From Candidatus Saccharimonadota bacterium (GTDB lineage: Bacteria > Patescibacteriota > Patescibacteriia > 2-12-FULL-60-25): a stretch of 32,000 nt of DNA. Position numbers and translations under genes: made by a program. The stretch lies in assembly GCA_022843095.1 (NCBI GenBank), contig JALHOH010000001.1, positions 480,001 to 512,000 of the forward strand, given 5' to 3'. The notes under the pieces were generated by a model, which was not told where the DNA came from, ran no database searches, and was given only the letters and a program-made list of their open reading frames with translations. Every line of letters starts with the position of its first letter. The stretch's first letter is position 1. Of this stretch, positions 21,275-30,200 are shown piece by piece.

Positions 21275-24200
21275 CGCCCTTCTTTCGTCGCGCCCTTGTT
21301 GCGCTTGTCCCGCTGCTCGTAGGAGCCGTGTCTCTTGCGATCGCCCCAATCGTGTTTGCTCAAGGGGTTGATCCTGGACTGCAGGAGGTTGGATCGGTTG
21401 TGCAGCTTTCCGCGGCAGACCCGCGCGTGATTGCGGCGCGTATCATTAATGTCGTGCTTGGATTGCTTGGTATCATCATGGTTTCACTCATGGTGTATGC
21501 CGGCTTTTTGTGGATGACGGCCGGTGGAAATGCGGATCAGTTAGAACGAGCGAAGAACATCATCCGCAACGCCATCATTGGGTTGATCATCGTGATGATG
21601 AGCTGGGCGATCGCGACGTACGTGATTCGAGCGATTTTTGGCGCAACCGAAGGAACGGGGGGAACATCCGGCACGGGTCCGGGCGGTGGTCCTGGTGGTG
21701 GCCTTGGCGGGAGTGGGGCGGGGAGTGGGTTCCAGATTCAGTCGCTTTCACCGACAGGTACGACAACGATTCGCAATATCGAGGTGCGGTTTTTGTTTAA
21801 CCGTCCCGTTGCGCAACCAACCGCCGCTGCCGCGTTGACCGTTGTTCGACTCCGCGACAATGCGCCGGTCGCAGGAACGTTATCGGTTTCCGGTCAGCTT
21901 GCCACGTTTGTTCCGACAGCCGCCTGTCCGGCGCCTCAGGCAGATCGCAAGTGTTTTGACGCCGGCGAGGTGTTTGAGATTCGTGTCGCGAATACGCTTC
22001 GTTCCGAAGATGGTCGGTCGATTTCGTGCACGCCATTTACTCCGCCGTGCCGCGTGCGTTTTGAAACGGGGACGGTGGTGGACACGACTCCGCCACAGGT
22101 CAACGTGACGTCGCCAGCAGCAGGGCAGAGCGTAAATGCGAGTTCCGTGGTCCGGATCGTTGCGGAGGCGACGGATGATGCGGGTGTGAGTCTCGTGGAA
22201 GGATTTGTTGATAACGTTTCCATTGGACGCTCTGCACCAAGCGGAGCAACGCCTCGTACGTTTCAAGGGGTGATGCAGTGGGATCCGACGGGTGCGACCA
22301 TTGGAACACATGCTGTCCGCGCGTCGGCGAATGACGTGGATTCCAACGTTGGACAAAGTGCTCCTGTGTCATTCGCGTTACGCTACGGTCATTGCTTTAA
22401 TGCCGTCCGTGATAGCGATGAAACGGGGATTGATTGTGGAGGATCCAGGTGTGGCGCCTGTTCTGGCGGGACCTGTTCATCCGGAGCAGATTGCCGAAGT
22501 GGTGTCTGTCAGGCGGGCCGATGTGTTGAACAGCCGGTGGTCACCAATCTTTCTCCGCGTGATGGACGACCGGGGACGTTCGTAACGATTTCCGGGTATA
22601 ACTTTGGGACCTCTGGAGAAGTGCGTTTTTGGAACGGTTCTGCGTTTGCGGTGGTGGCGCTTCCTCCTGCCCAGTGCGGAGCTGCGGGAACATGGACCGG
22701 ATCACAGGTGTTGGTTGCTGTTCCTGTCACAGCACAGAGCGGTCCGATTCAGCTGACCAATGGTCAGACGTCATTGCGTGATGCGACAAACGACGCAAAT
22801 GGACCACGCCTTTCGGATTTTACGGTAAACACGGTGACGCGGCCGGGAATTTGTGCCATTACGCCCACCTCTGGTGCGGCGGATACGGAGGTGCGTGTAT
22901 CCGGTGCCGGATTTGGCGGGACGCGTGGCGCAACGGATCGGTTGGTTTTTGGAGAGACCGAACCTTCTTCCTACGTCGGTTGGACGGATACTGAAATCCG
23001 TGGGAATGCCCCGCGCGTTTCTCCGGGATCCTATCCAGTTTCGGTAAAAACGGCGACAACCGAATCGAATGCAGTGAACTTTGATTTGATCGTCCCGGCT
23101 CGAACGGAACCGACCATTGAAACCGTGGATCCGGTTGCAGGTCCGATTGGAACGTATGTGACCTTGTCTGGTCGCAACTTTGGATCACGTGTCGGCGTGG
23201 TGCGTTTTCAGAACATCGCAACGGGGGATGTCGGGACAGCGGATGTGACGTTTCCAGCACAGTGCAGCACTAATTGGTGGCGTGATACGGTCGTGACGGT
23301 AAAGGTTCCGGCGACACTTGGAGCTGGAGCGCTTGGTCGTCCGGTTGGGGTGGGGAATTATCGCATTACACTCGAACGTGACGGGGTGTCGAGTAACGCC
23401 GTTGGGTTTGAGGTGCGCACCGGTACTGCGGCTCCTGGAATTTGTGCGATCGAGCCAATCGCAGGGCCGGTGGGTGTAACGACAACGGCATATGGCGAGC
23501 GTTTTGGAGGCTCGGCGGGACAGGTGACGTTTCAAGGAGCTGGTACCCGTGTCACGGCAAGCGACGTCGCGGAGTGGCAGTCGAATCGCTTTGATGTTCG
23601 TGTCCCGAACGGCAGTCGTACGGGGGCAGTCAAGGTGCGTGTCGGAGGTCAGGACTCCAACGGGGTCGCCTTTACCGTCGCAAATTGTCAAGAAAATCCG
23701 ACCGCGATCTGTGGCGCGGGGCGCGAATGTTGTGCAAACGGGGTATGTGCCGCTGCGGGAACACGTTGTTCTGCCGGTCCGCAATCCGCGATGTATGCCT
23801 GGCGCGTTTCGACAGGGGTGATCCCGGTCAATCCGCGCGTGGTCGAACAGTGTGAAACGACCGGCGCCACACCACTTCCGCCATCACCGGCTCCATGGGA
23901 TGCGCGAACCGATGGACAGAACGTGTGTCTGAATGCGGCGGTGACGTTGCGATTTAACGTGAACATCGTCCCAGGTTCGCTCACGAACAACGTGATCGTG
24001 CGCAAGTGTACGGGAACGGGGGCGAATCCTTGCACCGCGGCAACCAACGTCGCGGGATCGCTCACGTTGCGTAGCGCGGGAACGCCGGGTGAATATGTCT
24101 ATTTTGTCCCGACTGCGCCACTTGAGGCGAATGCGACCTACGAAGTGCAGGTGCGTCAGCAGATTCAGGCCTTGGGAACGAATTTGCAGATGGAACCACA

Positions 24201-27200
24201 GCCTTCGTGTGGGACGGGGTTTGGATATTGCTATCGCTTCCGCACCGGTGGGCCGGGCGCAACGTGCCAAATCCAGCGGGTAAGCGTGACGCCTCCGGCA
24301 CCGCGTTTGACAGAACCGGGCGCAACGCAAGACATGGATGCACTTCCCATGACCAATGGATGTGTAGCGTTGAGCAATGCAATCAACTGGCGGTGGTATG
24401 CCGGACGAAGCGCTGCGCCAGCGGATCAGGATTCGCGCGCCACGGTGACGAATACGGTTCTGCCGTCCGGAAATGTCGCATCCACCCAGCGGGCGACGGC
24501 GGTTGCGGAAACGGGGGCAACGCCCGTGCAGCTGAGTGCGGAGACCGTGATTCCGGGACAATCGCCAGTTCGCGGGTATGCGAATTTGTACATCAACTTT
24601 GTTCCGCCACGCATCGTTACGTTTGGACCGTCCTGTCAGGAGGCGTGTGGGAATGCGGCGATTTACGCCACGTTTAACGTCCCGATGGATCCGGCGCGAC
24701 TGAGCGCCAATCGGGTGTTCCTGCGGAAGTGTACGAATGAAAACTGTGACGCTTATGAACCTTCGACGCCGATCACGTTGTGCGATAGTGGCGTGACGTA
24801 TCAAGATGTCCGTTCCGGGGATCGGACGATCACGAATGGGTTGTTGAATATTGAACCACGAGATCCAGCACGCGGGTGCGCGCCGATCACGCTTGAAGCG
24901 GGCCGGTATTATCGCGTCACCGTCAGAAATGGCACGGATGGCGTATTTGCTCGCAATGGATTGCCGCTCTCGGTAAGCGAAACGCCCGCGAATGCAAGCG
25001 CGGAAGGGTTTACTTGGACATTCCGTGTGAAGACGACCGGTGGTGGACGTTGTGTGCCATCGCGTGTCGATGTGGTGCCGGGAGAAAAAATTGAGTCGTT
25101 GGTGGGCGCGCGTCAGTCGTTCCAGGCGACTCCAGTGAGTGCGCCGGACACCTGTAATGCCGCAGGTCAGCGCTTGGTGGTCGACCAGTCATTTAGCTGG
25201 AACGTTCAGGATGGTTTGGTGGCTCGGCTGTTGAACGGGCGTGGGGGCGCAACGGTTGATACGACGAATGTGTTGCCGGCGAATTGTTCCTCGCAGTGTT
25301 TGTTGACCGGCGCAAATGGCGCACTTGGTCGTGTGGCGAATTGCGGGAACAGCGCGATCGAGACAACGGACGGTCAGTATTGCCGGAATGGAGCGGTGGC
25401 GTGTGCTCCGGGTGCCGCGGGGTGTCGTACGATTCACGGAGACCCGTGTGTGGTGCTTGCTCCTGGTTCGCGTGGCGGTGAGCAGTGTGATTTGGGGGCG
25501 GCGAACGGTGCGCCGGGGTCTTTGTGCAGTGCGCAGTGTACGTGGACGGGGGCAACCGGCGCAGCCTGTGGTAACGGCCTCGTGGATCGCGGTGAACAAT
25601 GTGATGCGCAGCGGTTGACCTGTGCCGGAGGGGTGAATGCAGGGGCAACCTGTGTGCGTGATGCGGATTGTGGGGTTGGAGGCACGTGTACCAACCGTGT
25701 GCCACGTCCGGGATGTTCTTCGCAGTGTGTCGCGCAGGGCTCCATCGCGGGTGGTTCGGTGTGTGGCGAAGGGTCCATCGGTTTTGGAGAAACCTGTGAT
25801 GATGGGAACACGTCTTCTGGCGACGGTTGCAGCAGCATGTGTCTGCATGAAGGTTCTGTGCGTGTTTCCGCGATTTGTGGAAACGGCGTGCGCGAGCCGG
25901 GAGAAGCGTGTGAAGTTGGGGCGGGTGGTGTGTGGCCGGCACGATGCGATCGAACGACCTGCTTGAATCAGGGGACGGATCGTTGTGCGCCAGCGGCTCC
26001 GGGAGCCCCTGTTCCGGCAAATTGCTGTGGGAACAATGTGCGTGACGCGGGGGAAGATTGTGACGATAACTCCGGCGGATGTTCTGAGCGGTGTTTGTTG
26101 AAAGGATCTTCGGCGTCCTACGCAGCGCCTTCGTTCTGTGGGGATGGCTTGCCACTTGGAACGGGAGAACAGTGCGAAGCGACGACGCTTGGCGATGGGT
26201 TGGTTGATAGTCGTCAGCTTGCGGAGATCGTGGGACGTGGGACGGTGGGAGCAAATAACATCATGAGCACGCAGATCCGCACGACCTATGAAACGGTGAA
26301 CGGGTCGGCGGTGTACGGGGTTGCCTGCGGAAAAACGCGCGAACGGGAAGATTGTAATGCCGGGGCGCCGTATGTGAATGGGTTGACGGATCAAGGATGT
26401 TGTATGCGTCGGCCGGTGGTGACCGAAACGCGCAACCCGCAACGCAACGAAACAAATGTCTGTCGCAACGCGCAAATCATGTTTGACTTTGATCAGCCGA
26501 TGCGTGCCGAAACATTGCGTCAAAACATCGTGTTAGCCGAAGAAATCGCAGGCGCCAACTGTCCTGCCGGGACGACGAATGTGACGGGGGTTCAGGCGGC
26601 TGATCGCGGTGTGCGCGGCTGGATGGCGTTCCAGTGGAATCGGTTGGTGAGCTGGATGTTTGGAACAGAGGCGACGGCGGCGTTCTGTGTGGGTGGTGTG
26701 CAAGCGTCTGTTGCAAGCGAAGATGTTGTGGTGGCGCTTGGAGGCGGGGTCACGGCCACGCGCACGCGAGCATATTTGACCATACAAAATGCATTAAAGC
26801 CGAATGCGCGTTATCAAATCGTGGTGAAGGGCGATCCGGATTTGGCGGATGCGGTGAAGCGCGGTGTTCGGAGTCGCGATGGCGTGGTGATGGGTCAGGA
26901 TGATGTTTGGACGTTTACGACCGGGAATCAGGTGTGTGCGGCAAGTCAGTTAAACGTGCAAGACACGTTCCGCGCCGCTCCGAATTTGTTCAAGTCCCGG
27001 AATGAATCCCACGCGTATCAGGCAACGATTGTGTCGCAACAAGGCACGCGCTTGGTTCCGATTGTGCCGGTGCGTGAATACGCCTGGACCTGGCTTCCGT
27101 GGAGTTCGAGCCGCCGGGATGTGGCGACAGCAGGTGCGGGGACGTTGATTGACGAACAATTGCGACAAAGCACAACTACGGTGCAATCCGTCAACAAGAA

Positions 27201-30200
27201 CGGCAGCGCGTTAATTGGTGCGGGGATCCGCGTGTCCACCGACACGGTGTTTACCCCGTCCACGGTTGGTCGCACGATCACGGGGAGTCAGTTGGCAACG
27301 GTTTTGCTGTGTGAACGCCCTTGGCCGTTTGCAACGGGTGAATATGCCGGGACCACGCGCTTTGAAGATCGTCGAGGTTCAGCGGTGTTGCGTGGGACGG
27401 CGTTTGAGGCCGGTCCGTATTTCAACTTCGCCACCTTGTACTGCATGGACGGTGCCTCCGCGCAATCGACGATGGACGATCTTCCGGCGATGAGCGTGCG
27501 TCCGGTGCCGTTGAACGATGTGGATCGTGCCAAGGGGATTCGTCGGCAGTATTTCTTCACGTACGAAACGGCGGGAACGGAAGCCTTGCAGCGTGATGGG
27601 ATTGGGATTCGTGTGATCGAAAATCCACTCCATTATTCGCCGCTTGAATGGTATCGCGCCCAAGGATTTACGGGGCAGCCGAAGGCGGTCACGGTGGATG
27701 GATATGAAGCGGTGCAGGATGGCACGACCTATTACGTTGCCGCAGTGAACACGGATGATGATCCATTTGCGGGCAATGTCAGTACGACGATTTATGTGTT
27801 GTCGTACAACGATGGGGCGCAGGAAACGACGCGCGGTATCTTCCAGCAGTTGGTGGATAACTGGACGTTCAACGTGAACCTGACCCGTGGGATGGAAGGA
27901 ACCTGTGTCGCGGCGGATGGTCAGCCCATGACACGGAATGGACAGGTGGTGCCCTGTGTAGCGGATTGGGAATGTGCCAAATCCGGTGTCGTCGCAACGT
28001 GTGCCAACCTAAAGCCGAAGTTGCAGCGTGATATTGTGCGCATCTCCGACTTCCAGAAGATGAACTTGCGTTTGGCAACGGCATTTTCTGGGGGAGGTCA
28101 GTATCCGAACATGTCTGCGGGGACGTTTGTTCCAGGGATGACGACCAGTAAGTGGCCGAGCTGGGAAGGGACGCTTGGTACGGCGCTCGGCGGTTCGTTA
28201 CCTGTCGATCCGGTGAACCGTTTGATCACCTGTGGCCGGTGTAAAGATGGGTCCGGACGTCTTGGCGATATCTGTCAGGATTCGTCGGAATGTGCAACGG
28301 GTTCGACCTGTGTGAATGAAACCGGGAATGTTCCAGCGAGCGGATTTGATCCACAAACCTGCTGGAATGCGCAGGCGCAGCAGGCGATGTGTCCAACGCT
28401 TGAAAGCGCGTTAGGGGCGGGAGGGATGTCACGTGTTCCGTCTCGGTTCTACCAGTACCGCGCATTGGATGGAGGCGTGCGATACGAGCTGGCAACGGAA
28501 TTGGAAGGGCCGGGTGCCGATCGATATGATCCGCCGCTCATCCGTGAAGTGAAAGCGTGTGTGGGAAGCAGCCGGTTGTGTGTGACGGATGCAGATTGTG
28601 TGACGTACGCCGCGGATGGTCGCACAGTGCTGCGTCGGACGACGTGTGCTGGTACGGGAGGACGCTGGGTCTACAACAACATGTGTACCGGTCAGCGGTT
28701 CGGCAATGACAATGTGTGTGGAAACCGGGTGATCGGGGCGGGCGAGGTTTGCGAAGTGGGAGATTTGCGCGCCACCGCGTGTACATTGCCGGACGGACGC
28801 GCCGGTCAAAAAGTGCAGCAATGCGTGGAATGCCGTGGATTCTCGGATGCGCCAAGTACGATTTGTGTCCCGGTCTCGAGCTGTGGAAACGGGATCGTGG
28901 AACGGCGGAAGTGCTTTGGCGGAAATGGATTCAAATACGGGCAGACCTGTTCTGCGGATACGGACTGTCGCGATGCGCGCGATCCGGCAGGGACGGTCAT
29001 GACCTGTCAGGATGTCCCATCGCCGGAGGTGTGTGATGATGGGGCGTTGAATGGCACGTATGGACGCTGTAACCGCACCTGTTCCGGACTTGGCGCAAGC
29101 TGTGGAGATGGGCAGATTTCCGGGGGAGAATCCTGTGATAATGGGGCGTCGAACGGGGCATACTGCGACACGCGGACTCCGGGAGATGGGGGCGCTGGAT
29201 GCAATCTTGCAAGCTCCTGTGGATTGGATTGCCGAAGTCAGGGGCCGAGCTGTGGGAACGGCACGGTCGATGGTCCGGAGCAGTGTGATGGCGGGACTCA
29301 ATCAACCGAAAAGGCGCTGTGTGCGGGGGGTGTGAACGATAACCAGCCGTGTGGTCAGGCAAGTGATTGTCCGGGTGGAACCTGCGGTGGTGTTGCGGGA
29401 CGTGAAGCATGTACTTCTGTCCGTCGGTGTACCAATGATCCAGCGCGTTCCTGTGCAGCGGATGCAGATTGCGGAACGGGAATTTGTGCCACCTACCCCG
29501 CGGCACATAACCGCACCTGTGGCGCACCGCGCACGGCGAATGCCTGTCGGTATGGTGCGTGGAGCGGATGTGAGCCGGTTGGGGGAGCACGTTGTGGAGA
29601 TGGACGGGTGGATGCGGGAGAAGAGTGTGATGATGGAAACACGAATAATGGGGATGCCTGTACCGCGAGCTGTCGCCGAAACATTTGTGGAGACGGCATC
29701 GTGAATGCGGGGATCGAAGAATGTGATCGCGGATCGGAAAATGGGGGAAGCTGTTCGTCCGAATATGGCGTAAGTTGTCTGGCCTGTTCGCGTGACTGCC
29801 GTAACATCGCCCAATCCGGAGGATATTGCGGAGACGGTACGCGCAACGGGGCAGAGCAATGTGACCGCAGCGACATCCCGTCCGGTGTCAGCTGTCGCTC
29901 GCTCGGATACGATTTTGCGCAGCAGGTGCAGTGTCGCTACACCCAATACGCCACGGATGCGGCGGGGAATGTGGTCTGTACATCCGATGAGGCAACGATC
30001 GGATTCAAGTGCTTGCGCTGTTCACAAGGGGGTGTCGAGGGCGTTGCGCAGGATTTTGGTCGATGTGATACGGCGTCCTGTGCCCGTGGGGGGTGTCGCT
30101 ACTATCCAGGAAGTGGCGTGGGAGGTCGCGGGGATGTGGTCGCGACGCTTGATTCTCGATTCAAGGCCGCCTGTCTGGCTGCAAGTCCGCCGCAAGAAAT

